Source: Mycoplasmatota bacterium
Lineage (GTDB): Bacteria > Bacillota_I > Bacilli_A > MAG-NZ
Assembly (NCBI GenBank): GCA_018394315.1
Contig: CP074575.1
Span: 1,334,615 to 1,398,614, forward strand
Direction of reading: 5' to 3'
Length of the DNA: 64,000 nucleotides
In this document: in pieces, positions 23,388 through 32,824 of the stretch
Position numbering within the stretch: the stretch's first letter is position 1
How the letters are laid out: every line of letters starts with the position of its first letter
Position numbers and translations under genes: made by a program
Notes under the pieces: model-generated
Seen by the model: the letters and a program-made list of their open reading frames with translations, nothing else
Told to the model about the DNA's origin: nothing
Database searches by the model: none

Positions 23388-24258
23388 AAATAGAATCAAA
23401 AAATATGCTGAAGAATTAGGTTTATTGATTGGATTTTGCTCGTATAATAAATATAAGGAATTAAATGACTCAAGGTTCAATTCTAATAGATTAGAATTCG
23501 CTAAGAGTATAATTTCTGTTGCACTTCCAATTTCTAGAAATGATGATGAATTATTAGCTTCGTTTGCTTTGGATAAAGATTATCATATTGTTTTAAGAGA
23601 AAAACTGTCAGCATTAAGAGAGTACATTCTTACCCAAATTGACGCAAAAATTGAATATTTTGTTGATAATGGTCCAGTTAATGAGAAACTAGTTGCATAC
23701 TTGTCTGGAATTGGTTATTTTGGCAAGAATAGTTTGATTATAAATGAGTTATATGGCTCATATATTTTACTAGGAGAGTTGTTTATCGATATAGAATTTA
23801 AAAGTGATTTTCCGGTTCTTAATGATTGTAAGAACTGTAGTATTTGCATGACCCACTGTCCTTCAGAAGCTATTGGAAATATTTATGAAAAGTGTATTAG
23901 TGGGTATTTACAAAGAAAGGATGTATTTCCTGATAGAATTTATCAAATGTTTAACAATATATATGGTTGCGATATTTGTATTTCAAATTGCCCAAAGAAT
24001 AAGGATGTTAAATCCAAGAAAAAATATGTATTTGAAAATCTCAATTTAAAAGATATAATAGAGTGTAGTAAAAGTGATTTTAAGAAATACAGTAATTGTG
24101 CTTTTTATTGGTTAGGTCATAAATTAATGAAACGTAATGCAATAATAGTAGCATCTAATAAAGGTATTAATATAGATAAAGAGTTAAAGTACGTTCATTC
24201 GAAAGAAGATTATATTTTAGCTGCAATTGATTACTATAAGAGAAAGAGTATAAGGTGA
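23380..24258 (+). CDS. queG: Epoxyqueuosine reductase QueG
   Basis: DYH.VL, VDNGP..EK..A..SG.G.FGKN, C..C..C...CP, YGCD.C...CP.N; next to trmL. Confidence 0.85.
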   Translation: MLKNRIKKYAEELGLLIGFCSYNKYKELNDSRFNSNRLEFAKSIISVALPISRNDDELLASFALDKDYHIVLREKLSALREYILTQIDAKIEYFVDNGPVNEKLVAYLSGIGYFGKNSLIINELYGSYILLGELFIDIEFKSDFPVLNDCKNCSICMTHCPSEAIGNIYEKCISGYLQRKDVFPDRIYQMFNNIYGCDICISNCPKNKDVKSKKKYVFENLNLKDIIECSKSDFKKYSNCAFYWLGHKLMKRNAIIVASNKGINIDKELKYVHSKEDYILAAIDYYKRKSIR

Positions 24259-24262
24259 TATT

Positions 24263-24775
24263 ATGATAAATGTAGTTTTATATAATCCAGAAATTCCTCA
24301 TAACACAGGGAACATTATGAGAACTTGTGTTGCAACTAATGTTAGACTTCATTTGATAGAACCATTAGGGTTTTCTTTAGATGAAAAAAGTGTTAGAAGA
24401 AGTGGAGCTAGCTATGTAAACAAAACTAATTATTCTATTTATAGTAACTGGGAGGATTTTGTTAAAAAAAATAAAGGAAAATACTATTTTTCTACTAGAT
24501 ATGGGTCACATTTACCGAATGATTACGATTTTTCTAATACTAATGACAATATATATTTGATTTTTGGTGCTGAGTCAAGCGGAATTCCAAAGAGAATATT
24601 GGCGAATCATTTGGAAAATTGTATTAGACTTCCTATGACTAAAGACGTGAGAAGTTTGAACTTGAGCAACGTTGTTGCTATAATGGTTTATGAAGTATTG
24701 AGGCAGCAAAATTATAATGATTTATATTTTGAAGAGCCTGAAGAATTAAAGGGGAAAGATTACTTATTATTATGA
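24263..24775 (+). CDS. trmL: tRNA (cytidine34-2'-O)-methyltransferase
   Basis: PEIPHNTGNI.RTC, LHLIEPLGF, FG.ES.G.P, RSLNLSN. Confidence 0.95.
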   Translation: MINVVLYNPEIPHNTGNIMRTCVATNVRLHLIEPLGFSLDEKSVRRSGASYVNKTNYSIYSNWEDFVKKNKGKYYFSTRYGSHLPNDYDFSNTNDNIYLIFGAESSGIPKRILANHLENCIRLPMTKDVRSLNLSNVVAIMVYEVLRQQNYNDLYFEEPEELKGKDYLLL

Positions 24776-25131
24776 AAAAAAATAAAAAAAACTCAAAAAT
24801 TAAACAAGTACAAGAAATACAAGGAATAATAAAGGAAAGCTATGTTGAAGTAAGAAGATGGATTAAGAGTTCCTATTTTATTGTGTTATTTATTACTGTA
24901 GTTATTATTGCATTCAATATTGATACAATGAAAGACTTGATATTAAGGAATAATGATTCCTTAGATTCTGGCATTTTACCTTTATTTCTTACAGTATCTA
25001 CTTTTATATTAATAGTAGTTCCTTTAATGAGTATTTTTACTAGAAGAAAATGTCCTCATTGTTATGAAATTGTTATGAAGAACTCAACAATTTGTCATAA
25101 ATGTGGATGTGATTTAAAAAATAGTAAATAA
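24772..25131 (+). CDS. Two-TM protein with C-terminal zinc ribbon (YgzB-like architecture)
   Basis: Two hydrophobic segments, then CPHC...CHKC. Confidence 0.6.
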   Translation: MKKNKKNSKIKQVQEIQGIIKESYVEVRRWIKSSYFIVLFITVVIIAFNIDTMKDLILRNNDSLDSGILPLFLTVSTFILIVVPLMSIFTRRKCPHCYEIVMKNSTICHKCGCDLKNSK

Positions 25132-25194
25132 AATATAGAAATAATCAAATAATAATATTGGACACTCTGGCGGAAGTAAAATTAGGAGATGTCT

Positions 25195-25431
25195 ATGAAT
25201 ACTAAAGACAAAAGAAGGAATGGAAATTCTGCGAATTATAAGAATTCTTTTAAGAATGAGCGTAGTGATCGCAATAAAGTAAAAAATAGAGAAAGAAATC
25301 AATTCGAAGATGAATTTGCAGAAGAAATCACAATTGAACCTACTGGGACGACTTTTATAGGTTCGGAATTCAACAAAACTAAAACTAATAGAAATGTTAA
25401 CCGTAGAGAATACGAAAAAGATGAATATTAG
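25195..25431 (+). CDS. Small hydrophilic spore protein, candidate divergent gamma-type SASP
   Basis: RBS AGGAG; N/R/K-rich; QFEDEFAEE resembles the GPR cleavage site QFGTEFASE. Confidence 0.5.
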   Translation: MNTKDKRRNGNSANYKNSFKNERSDRNKVKNRERNQFEDEFAEEITIEPTGTTFIGSEFNKTKTNRNVNRREYEKDEY

Positions 25432-25437
25432 TTAATA

Positions 25438-25464
25438 AAAAATAGGTCAATAGACCTATTTTTT
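25438..25464. terminator. Bidirectional terminator
   Basis: AAAAATAGGTC-aata-GACCTATTTTT between convergent genes. Confidence 0.75.
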
Positions 25465-25783
25465 ATTGCTTTAATTCGTTAATGTAACTTTTGTATAAAT
25501 TATATGAGTCCTTTAAATTTTCTTTATCTTCTATATCGATTGAGTTCCATCCCTTTTTAAACATTAAATTATATAGAGCTCTATGCATGTTTTGTGTTTC
25601 GTTAAATAGCTCAAATAGAGTTTCAAATAAACGCTGACTACTCGCGCAATTTAAACCTTTAGAATAAAGTGAACTATTATCTTTTTCGTAACAGAGTATG
25701 TTATTCAGAATATCCTTATCGTTGAAGATAGTAACCTCAACTTTTGTGTCTGGGTTTTTTATTGTATTAATTTTAGTTTTCAC
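25463..25783 (-). CDS. Coat F domain spore protein (YusN-like)
   Basis: DKDILN..L..EK.....Y......S...L...H..LYNLMFKKGW. Confidence 0.75.
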   Translation of the reverse strand: MKTKINTIKNPDTKVEVTIFNDKDILNNILCYEKDNSSLYSKGLNCASSQRLFETLFELFNETQNMHRALYNLMFKKGWNSIDIEDKENLKDSYNLYKSYINELKQ

Positions 25784-25988
25784 AATCTTGTAAACTTTCT
25801 AGCAAAGTATCATAATGTCTTATATGCATTTTTTCAGCAGATTCAAGAATATTTGTTATCTCTTGATCTGTGCTTTTTTTTCTGAACTCTGATATTGTCT
25901 TAATGCATCTTAAGTTATTTGCTAACATATCACATATGTACATGTTATCTTTAATACTTAAAATTTTTGGTGGCTGACTTATTATCAT
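25773..25988 (-). CDS. Small spore protein (YuzM-like), paired with the Coat F gene
   Basis: QPP.I.S.KD..Y..DML..N, DQEI, MH.RHY..LL; RBS AGGAGG. Confidence 0.7.
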   Translation of the reverse strand: MIISQPPKILSIKDNMYICDMLANNLRCIKTISEFRKKSTDQEITNILESAEKMHIRHYDTLLESLQDCEN

Positions 25989-26020
25989 TTTATCCTCCTA
26001 TTAGTAAAAAACTCTACATT

Positions 26021-26050
26021 TATTTTTATCAGTATAGATTAGATATATAC
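26021..26050 (-). promoter_or_regulatory. Candidate forespore (sigmaG/F) promoter
   Basis: Minus strand reads GTATA-N18-AAAAATA upstream of the yuzM/yusN-like pair. Confidence 0.45.
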
Positions 26051-26072
26051 TAATAATGTATAATAAGATTAG

Positions 26073-26384
26073 TTGGTGAAAATTATGAAATTAGTAGAAT
26101 TAAGAGAAGAGTTTACAGAAAATATATTGATTTTTGGATACACTACAAATTGCGGTACATGTAAATTTGCAGAAAAAATGTTAGATATTGTGGTGGAATC
26201 GGTTAGCAATATAAAAGTGGTAAAAATCAACTTATCTATGTCTAATGAAATAGTAAATCATTACGAGATAAAAAGTTCACCAGTTTTTATTCTACTTAAA
26301 CATGGAAAGATATTTGATATATTTTATGCCGCTCATTCAGTGATGAATATTTATGAAAAAATAAGTGCGCTATTGTCTTCTTAA
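26073..26384 (+). CDS. Thioredoxin-like protein (YusE-like)
   Basis: YT..CGTC..A.KML and cis-Pro segment IKSSP. Confidence 0.8.
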   Translation: MVKIMKLVELREEFTENILIFGYTTNCGTCKFAEKMLDIVVESVSNIKVVKINLSMSNEIVNHYEIKSSPVFILLKHGKIFDIFYAAHSVMNIYEKISALLSS

Positions 26385-26416
26385 TGTATAATTGTATTAG
26401 AAAGTTGGTAGATATT

Positions 26417-26959
26417 ATGAATACTGTTGGTGACGTAGTACAAATACATAGTTTTAAACACGATAAGTCATATCACCGAATCTGGGATAAGGCAACAATT
26501 TTAGAAATGAATAATGACTACATTGTCTTGGGAAATGAAAGAACTAGAGTTTTAGAATCTAATGGTAAAAGTTGGTTTACAAAGGAGCCCGCAATATGCT
26601 TTTTCTTTAAAAGAAATTGGTATAACGTTATTTCAATGTTAAAGGAAAATGGAGTGTTTTATTACTGTAATATTGGTTCTCCTTATGTTATAGACAGTGA
26701 AGCAATAAAATATATTGATTATGATCTAGATGTGAAAGTATTTCCAAACAATCAATATAAAGTATTAGATAAGTTTGAATATCAAGTAAATTGTATAGAA
26801 ATGAAGTACCCTGAAGATGTTATGAAAGTTATTGATCATGAACTAGATTCTTTGAAGAAAAGAATTAGAAACAAGGAAATTCCGTTTAGTGAAGAATTAG
26901 TATATAAATACTATGAAAAATTTAAAAATATGAAGGAGAATTTAAATGAAGGATCTTAG
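26417..26959 (+). CDS. DUF402/YgaC nucleoside tri/diphosphate phosphatase
   Basis: IHSFKHD..YHR.W, W.TKEPAI.FF, YYCNI.SP, YIDYDLDVKVFP. Confidence 0.88.
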   Translation: MNTVGDVVQIHSFKHDKSYHRIWDKATILEMNNDYIVLGNERTRVLESNGKSWFTKEPAICFFFKRNWYNVISMLKENGVFYYCNIGSPYVIDSEAIKYIDYDLDVKVFPNNQYKVLDKFEYQVNCIEMKYPEDVMKVIDHELDSLKKRIRNKEIPFSEELVYKYYEKFKNMKENLNEGS

Positions 26960-28061
26960 ATTAGAAAAGTTAGCAAAAAGTCTACTGAATTACTCAGTCG
27001 AAGTAAAAGAAGGTCACCATGTAATGATAAGAGGTGATTACGAAGCAAAACCACTACTACTAGAGTTGATAAGAGAGTGTAAACGTATAGGAGCACACCC
27101 TTATGTTCAAATTCTTGATGATGAAATTTCTAGAGAAATCAATTTAGCTACTAAAAAAGAACGACTTGATAAGATTATTAAATGGACTACACCAAAATAC
27201 GAAGATATAGACGCCTCTATAGGTGTTTACGCAGACAGAAACGACTACGCGAATGTAGATGTCCCAGTAGAGACAAAACTCTTGAGAGCGAAAAAATTAC
27301 GCCCTTTAAACGACATAATTATTAATACAAAAAAGTGGGTTATATTAAATTACCCAACGCATACATTAGCTCATAAAGCTAAAATGAGTTATGAGCAGTT
27401 CTATGACTACTGTATGAAGGTTTCATTAGTTGATTATTCCAAAATGAAGGAAGCATTTAAACCTTTAGCAGAACTTATAAATAAAACTGATAAGGTTAAA
27501 ATAATTGGACCAGGAACTGATATATCATTTTCAATAAAAGGATACGGATCCGAACCATGTTCTGGTGAATGTAATATTCCTGATGGTGAAATATATACAG
27601 CACCAGTAATTGATTCTGTTAATGGAGTTATAACATATAATACTCCAAGTGCTAATAGAGGAACTGTTTTTAATAAAGTATCACTAACTTTTGAAAATGG
27701 AAAGATAATTAATTCTACTTGTGATGGCGATAATGATAAGTTGAAAGAAATATTTGATACTGATGAAGGTGCTAGATTTGTCGGAGAATTCGCTATTGGG
27801 GTTAATCCTTACATAACTAAATCAATGGGCGATATTCTCTATGATGAAAAAATAGCAGGTTCAATTCACTTCACTCCGGGTCAAGCTTATCTTGGGCCAG
27901 CGGATAATGGAAATAGATCAGCTATTCATTGGGATCTAGTATTGATTCAAACAGAAGAGTACGGTGGAGGAGAGATTTACTTCGACGATATTCTAATAAG
28001 AAAAGATGGGATTTTTGTCTTAGAAAGTTTGAAGGGATTAAATCCGGAAAACTTAAAATAA
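26946..28061 (+). CDS. Aminopeptidase II / AmpS (M29 family)
   Basis: NIPDGEIYTAP, DTDEGARFVGEFAIG, LYDEKI.GS.H, NRSAIHWDL. Confidence 0.93.
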   Translation: MKDLRLEKLAKSLLNYSVEVKEGHHVMIRGDYEAKPLLLELIRECKRIGAHPYVQILDDEISREINLATKKERLDKIIKWTTPKYEDIDASIGVYADRNDYANVDVPVETKLLRAKKLRPLNDIIINTKKWVILNYPTHTLAHKAKMSYEQFYDYCMKVSLVDYSKMKEAFKPLAELINKTDKVKIIGPGTDISFSIKGYGSEPCSGECNIPDGEIYTAPVIDSVNGVITYNTPSANRGTVFNKVSLTFENGKIINSTCDGDNDKLKEIFDTDEGARFVGEFAIGVNPYITKSMGDILYDEKIAGSIHFTPGQAYLGPADNGNRSAIHWDLVLIQTEEYGGGEIYFDDILIRKDGIFVLESLKGLNPENLK

Positions 28062-28075
28062 TATTTAATTTTATA

Positions 28076-28104
28076 TTGACTTATTTATTAGTCAGTGGTA
28101 ATAT
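28076..28104 (+). promoter_or_regulatory. sigmaA promoter of the tRNA pair
   Basis: TTGACT-N17-TAATAT. Confidence 0.65.
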
Positions 28105-28125
28105 ATTCTTGCTGACTAATTAATT

Positions 28126-28200
<75 letters not shown>

Positions 28201-28228
28201 TTTAATTTAATAAAAGTCAGTATAATAT

Positions 28229-28303
<75 letters not shown>

Positions 28304-28313
28304 TAAAAATTTT

Positions 28314-28333
28314 AGGAGATTTATCTCCTTTTC
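28314..28333 (+). terminator. Terminator after the tRNAs
   Basis: AGGAGAT-tt-ATCTCCT-TTT. Confidence 0.6.
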
Positions 28334-28380
28334 TTATAGTAGAAGAAGATTTATTGTGATATATTTATAATATAAACGAG

Positions 28381-29463
28381 GTGATTAATATGATTGTTAA
28401 AAAAATTAAAGAAATTATTAAAAATGAGAATTATCAAGCAATTTTTTTAGCAGGACATGAGAATGAAGCAGTGCTAAAGAATATTAGATATGTTTCAGGA
28501 TTTACCGGAACTTCAGGTTATGTCTTTATTGGAGCGGATTTTGGTTATTTCATTTCCGATTTCAGATATAGAGATCAAGCGAAAAACCAAGTTACAGATC
28601 TAGATTTCATTGAAATTGATACTACAATTTTTGATGTAATTAATGATTTGATAAAAAAACATAACGTTAAGTTGACGGCTTTTGATAAGAAACTGTTCTA
28701 TTCAGAATATGAAAAATTTGATGAAGAACTAGATTCAGAATTAGTACCACTAGATAATATTATAGAAAAATTAAGAATCTCTAAGAACGAGAACGAAATT
28801 AAGTTACTTCAAGAAGCATGTAATATTACAGATAGAGCTTTTTCGCACATTCTCGATTTTATTAAACCCGGTATGACTGAAAAACAAGTTGAAAGAGAAT
28901 TAAAGGATTATATGCTTAATGAAGGTGCTGATGGAGCATGGGATTCTTTCATTGTTGCCAGTGGACCTCGTGGAGCAATGCCTCATGGGATAGCTAGTGA
29001 CAAAGTGATCGAAACAGGTGAGTTAGTAACTTTGGATATTGGGTGTGTTTATAAAGGATACACATCTGATATGACAAGAACAATAGCCGTTGGTGAAGTA
29101 TCGGATAAACTAAAGGAAATTTATGAAGTAGTAAAAACTGCTCAACAGAAAGGTCTAGATGCTGCTAAAGCAGGAATAACTGGAAAAGAACTTGATGCAG
29201 TGTGCCGTGACTATATTTCAAGTAAAGGATACAAAGAGCAATTCAAACACGGAACTGGCCATGGAATAGGTCTTGATGTACATGAAGCGCCATATGTTTC
29301 AGTAAGAAATGAAAATCCGTTAGAAGAAGGAGCATGTGTATCTATTGAACCAGGTATTTACATAACTGGTTTAGGTGGTGTTAGGATAGAGGATGATATA
29401 ATTTTAACTCGAAATGGATGTATCGTTTTAAATAATTCTCCAAAAGATTTAATCAAGATTTAA
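28381..29463 (+). CDS. Xaa-Pro dipeptidase/aminopeptidase (M24B)
   Basis: AMPHG, D.G..Y.GY.SDMTRT, HGTGHGIGLDVHE, EPG.Y, GGVRIEDD. Confidence 0.93.
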   Translation: MINMIVKKIKEIIKNENYQAIFLAGHENEAVLKNIRYVSGFTGTSGYVFIGADFGYFISDFRYRDQAKNQVTDLDFIEIDTTIFDVINDLIKKHNVKLTAFDKKLFYSEYEKFDEELDSELVPLDNIIEKLRISKNENEIKLLQEACNITDRAFSHILDFIKPGMTEKQVERELKDYMLNEGADGAWDSFIVASGPRGAMPHGIASDKVIETGELVTLDIGCVYKGYTSDMTRTIAVGEVSDKLKEIYEVVKTAQQKGLDAAKAGITGKELDAVCRDYISSKGYKEQFKHGTGHGIGLDVHEAPYVSVRNENPLEEGACVSIEPGIYITGLGGVRIEDDIILTRNGCIVLNNSPKDLIKI

Positions 29464-29488
29464 GTAGGTAATTTGCCTACTTTTTTTT
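29462..29488 (+). terminator. Intrinsic terminator
   Basis: AAGTAGGTA-att-TGCCTACTT plus T-run. Confidence 0.7.
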
Positions 29489-29621
29489 ATAATATCATTT
29501 AAATTATAGGAATATTAATAATTATAAATATTTTAAAATACATGAAATCGACTAACTTTTTGCATCAGGAGATTAAAAAGTGCCCCTTAAGGGGCGTATT
29601 TTGAAGGAATGTTGCAAAAAT

Positions 29622-29660
29622 TGTCGAAAATTTCCACTTTTAAAGAAAGTATATTATAAT
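29622..29660 (+). promoter_or_regulatory. Spo0A box and candidate sigmaA promoter of the hybrid kinase
   Basis: TGTCGAA at 29622-29628, then TTCCAC-N17-TATAAT. Confidence 0.4.
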
Positions 29661-29690
29661 AATAGTATACATTTTCATGGAGGTAGTAAG

Positions 29691-29717
29691 ATGTTCTTAC
29701 TTGTTGATTTCTCATGA
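29691..29717 (+). CDS. Candidate 8-aa upstream ORF (MFLLVDFS) coupled to the kinase start
   Basis: GGAGGT 6 nt before ATG; its TGA overlaps the kinase ATG (ATGA). Confidence 0.4.
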   Translation: MFLLVDFS

Positions 29718-32404
29718 TTAAACTAAGGTGGATTTTTATTGCGGTATTTATCACTTTAATAATAGTACTAATTGAGATATCCCAAAGTAATAGGGACATT
29801 TTTACAAGCGAAGAAAAGGAATATATTCAAGAGCTTCAAGAGGAAGTTATATATATAAATGTGCTTCCGAAGATTTTTGATGAATCACATTTTCATTTTA
29901 ATGGGGAAAAAAGAGGTTATCTTCAATCTTTCGCAAATATTTTAAAAGAGGATCTAGGATTAACTTTAGAAATTAGAGAGAATGATTCTTGGAGTAATAT
30001 GAACTGTGAAGATTTACCTTGTGAAGATATAAGTTTATTCTTTGGTTTAAATAAAACATCAGAAAGAACGGAGGATTTTGTATTTACTAGCGCATTTGCT
30101 AGGAAGTATTACTCTAATTTCACATTGGATGAAAGTTTTGCAAGTAGTTTGAAAGATTTAGATGGAACACGAATAGGATTAGTAGAAGCTGATTCGGTCA
30201 TAAATTTAATTTCTAATAATTATTCTTATCTCTTAGATAACGTGTTGTTTTATGAATCTTTTGAAGTACTAAAAGAGGAAATGATAAGGGGTAATATAGA
30301 TAGTATCATAATGCAAAACTTCTTAGGAAAACATAGTTTCATCAAACAGTTCTCATTAGATGACTATTCACCTGTATATAGATTAAGTGCTTTGAAAGAA
30401 AACGAATTACTATTAAATATCATTGAGAAGAAAATTGTTGAATTAAGAGAAAATGGAATATTAGATGAAATTATCAATGAGGAAAAAAATACGTTAATCA
30501 AGTCGAAAATTAATTTAAATCCTGATGAACGTTGGTTTTTATTTAAAATGGATACATTAGATGTTGCGATTGATCCTAATTTACTTCCAATTGAATACTT
30601 CCAAGATCATGTTCCACAAGGATTTATACCTTCTGTTCTTAATGAAATTGCCGAAATAGTAGGGTTTGAGATAAATTATATATCTAAATTAGATAATAAT
30701 AAAGAAGATTTATTAAGAAATGGGGAAGTAGATTTAATCGGTGATTACCCTATTAAAGAGAATGAGGATGATATATTTTACTCAGATCCTTTAAGAAAGG
30801 GACATTATGAGATTGTAGGTTTAGATGGAAACAAAGAAGTTTTCTGTCCAAGTGATTTAAGTGATAATACAGTCGCTGTAATAGGGGAGAACTTTGTTAT
30901 TAAGAATATTGAGAGAATTTATAGTCCAACTATTATTGAAACAGGTAGTTATCAAGAAGCTATAAGTGCAGTAAGAACTGGTAAAACTGATTATTTACTA
31001 ATCGACGAAGAAGCGTTCTTAGGGCTAATGAATAAATATAAAATTTCTGACTTGGTTATTTTGGGAAGTATACCAATTGGATTCGAAACAGGATTTGCAG
31101 TTAACGAAGAGAATGTGGAATTAATTAATATAATTAATAGGGTGTTGCCTTATGTTAATCTTGAATTGGAATTGAGTCAAGCTATAAGCAACGTTGGCTA
31201 TACAATTAGTGCAATTGACGTTCTTTTACCTATAATTCTGGTTTTGTTTTTAGTTACTATAATCATTTTATACTCAAAAGCATATTACGGTAAAAAGATT
31301 GCTGAAACTGCAAATTCAGCTAAAACTTCATTTTTAGCAAATTTATCTCACGAACTTAGAACGCCACTAAATACAATTATAGGTTACTCTGATTTGATAT
31401 CTACTGCGACCGATGAAGAAAAAGAGAAGTTCTTATCTAAGATCGTAAGTTCATCCAAGATATTATTAGATCTAGTTAATGACGTGATTGATTTATCAAA
31501 AGTAAATGCTGAGTTATTAGAACTTGAGAATAGTAATTTTGATATGACTAGTGAACTGACGATGCTTATGGAATCATATTCTCTCTTTTCCAAGGAAAAA
31601 GATGTTGATTTATTGTACGAGTTTATTAACGTACCTAAAGTTGTAAATGGAGATATACTAAGAATTAAACAAATAATAACAAATTTTGTATACAATTCTA
31701 TTAAATTCACAAATGAAGGTTTTGTAAAATTAATAGTACAATGTAATAAAACTGACGATAAATTTAATTTCACATTTAAAGTAATCGATACTGGTATTGG
31801 TATTAAAGATGAAAAAATCAAATTACTTTTTAGACCATTTGATCAATTACACTCTTCTACTGCAAGGAAGTACGGTGGAAGTGGTCTAGGTTTAAGTATT
31901 GCAAAAAAACTAATTAATATTATGGGAGGCTCAATTAAAGTTTATTCCAAAGTTGATGTAGGAACAACATTTACCTTTAACTTAATTTTAAATAGTCCGA
32001 TGGAGGAATATGAAGAAGAGGCTAGTTCTTTAGAAATAGACATAACGAAGTTATCAATTCTAGTTGCAGAAGATAATAGAGTAAATCAAACTCTTGTAAT
32101 TGAATTGCTTAAGTCTAGGAATGTACTGGATGTAGATGTTGCGGATAACGGGCGAATTGTAATTGACATGCTTAAGATAAAAGAATATGATCTGATATTA
32201 ATGGATATAAATATGCCTGTACTTAATGGATTAGAAGCGACAAAAATTATTAGAGAAAAATTTCCCCATAGAAATCATAAAATAATTGCCCTTACGGCAA
32301 ACGTTTTGAAAAAAGATATTGAGAATTATTTAATGAATGGATTTGACGATACAATAGCAAAGCCAATAAATCTAGATGTCTTATTTAATAAAATTTCTAA
32401 GTAA
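29714..32404 (+). CDS. Hybrid sensor histidine kinase/response regulator with two extracellular solute-binding-like domains (BvgS/EvgS-like)
   Basis: TM, two PBP-like repeats, TM, H-box LANLSHELRTPLN, N/G boxes (DTGIGI, GSGLGLSI), receiver VAEDN..LMDINMP..KP. Confidence 0.92.
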   Translation: MIKLRWIFIAVFITLIIVLIEISQSNRDIFTSEEKEYIQELQEEVIYINVLPKIFDESHFHFNGEKRGYLQSFANILKEDLGLTLEIRENDSWSNMNCEDLPCEDISLFFGLNKTSERTEDFVFTSAFARKYYSNFTLDESFASSLKDLDGTRIGLVEADSVINLISNNYSYLLDNVLFYESFEVLKEEMIRGNIDSIIMQNFLGKHSFIKQFSLDDYSPVYRLSALKENELLLNIIEKKIVELRENGILDEIINEEKNTLIKSKINLNPDERWFLFKMDTLDVAIDPNLLPIEYFQDHVPQGFIPSVLNEIAEIVGFEINYISKLDNNKEDLLRNGEVDLIGDYPIKENEDDIFYSDPLRKGHYEIVGLDGNKEVFCPSDLSDNTVAVIGENFVIKNIERIYSPTIIETGSYQEAISAVRTGKTDYLLIDEEAFLGLMNKYKISDLVILGSIPIGFETGFAVNEENVELINIINRVLPYVNLELELSQAISNVGYTISAIDVLLPIILVLFLVTIIILYSKAYYGKKIAETANSAKTSFLANLSHELRTPLNTIIGYSDLISTATDEEKEKFLSKIVSSSKILLDLVNDVIDLSKVNAELLELENSNFDMTSELTMLMESYSLFSKEKDVDLLYEFINVPKVVNGDILRIKQIITNFVYNSIKFTNEGFVKLIVQCNKTDDKFNFTFKVIDTGIGIKDEKIKLLFRPFDQLHSSTARKYGGSGLGLSIAKKLINIMGGSIKVYSKVDVGTTFTFNLILNSPMEEYEEEASSLEIDITKLSILVAEDNRVNQTLVIELLKSRNVLDVDVADNGRIVIDMLKIKEYDLILMDINMPVLNGLEATKIIREKFPHRNHKIIALTANVLKKDIENYLMNGFDDTIAKPINLDVLFNKISK

Positions 32405-32531
32405 ATCAAATTTTCATCATATTATTTACTTATCATTTTTAGTTTTCACATTATAAATAGCAATATTGTATGAAAACCAGAAATAATATGTTACAATTAT
32501 TTAGATTTTTAAGAATAGAAGGTGGTATTAC

Positions 32532-32819
32532 ATGTATTGCTCAAGATGTGGTTCACAGGTTGCAGCTGATCAAGATGTTTGCTTGTCTTGTGGTGCAATT
32601 GTAAATGAGAAAAAACCTACTGTTCAAGATAATGGTGGATTTGGATGGGGATTATTAGGATTTTGTATCCCTATTGTTGGTTTAATACTATTTCTAGTTT
32701 GGAATACTGATAGACCAAAAACTGCAAAAAGTGCTGGTTTGGGTGCTTTAATATCATTTCTCGGTTGGATACTTGTATATGTTTTCTTTATAGTATTAGC
32801 AGCTTCTTTTTCATACTAA
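32532..32819 (+). CDS. Zinc-ribbon membrane protein
   Basis: YCSRCG...CLSCG then two TMs (GF.IPIVGLIL.LVW...P..AK). Confidence 0.8.
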   Translation: MYCSRCGSQVAADQDVCLSCGAIVNEKKPTVQDNGGFGWGLLGFCIPIVGLILFLVWNTDRPKTAKSAGLGALISFLGWILVYVFFIVLAASFSY

Positions 32820-32824
32820 AGTAA

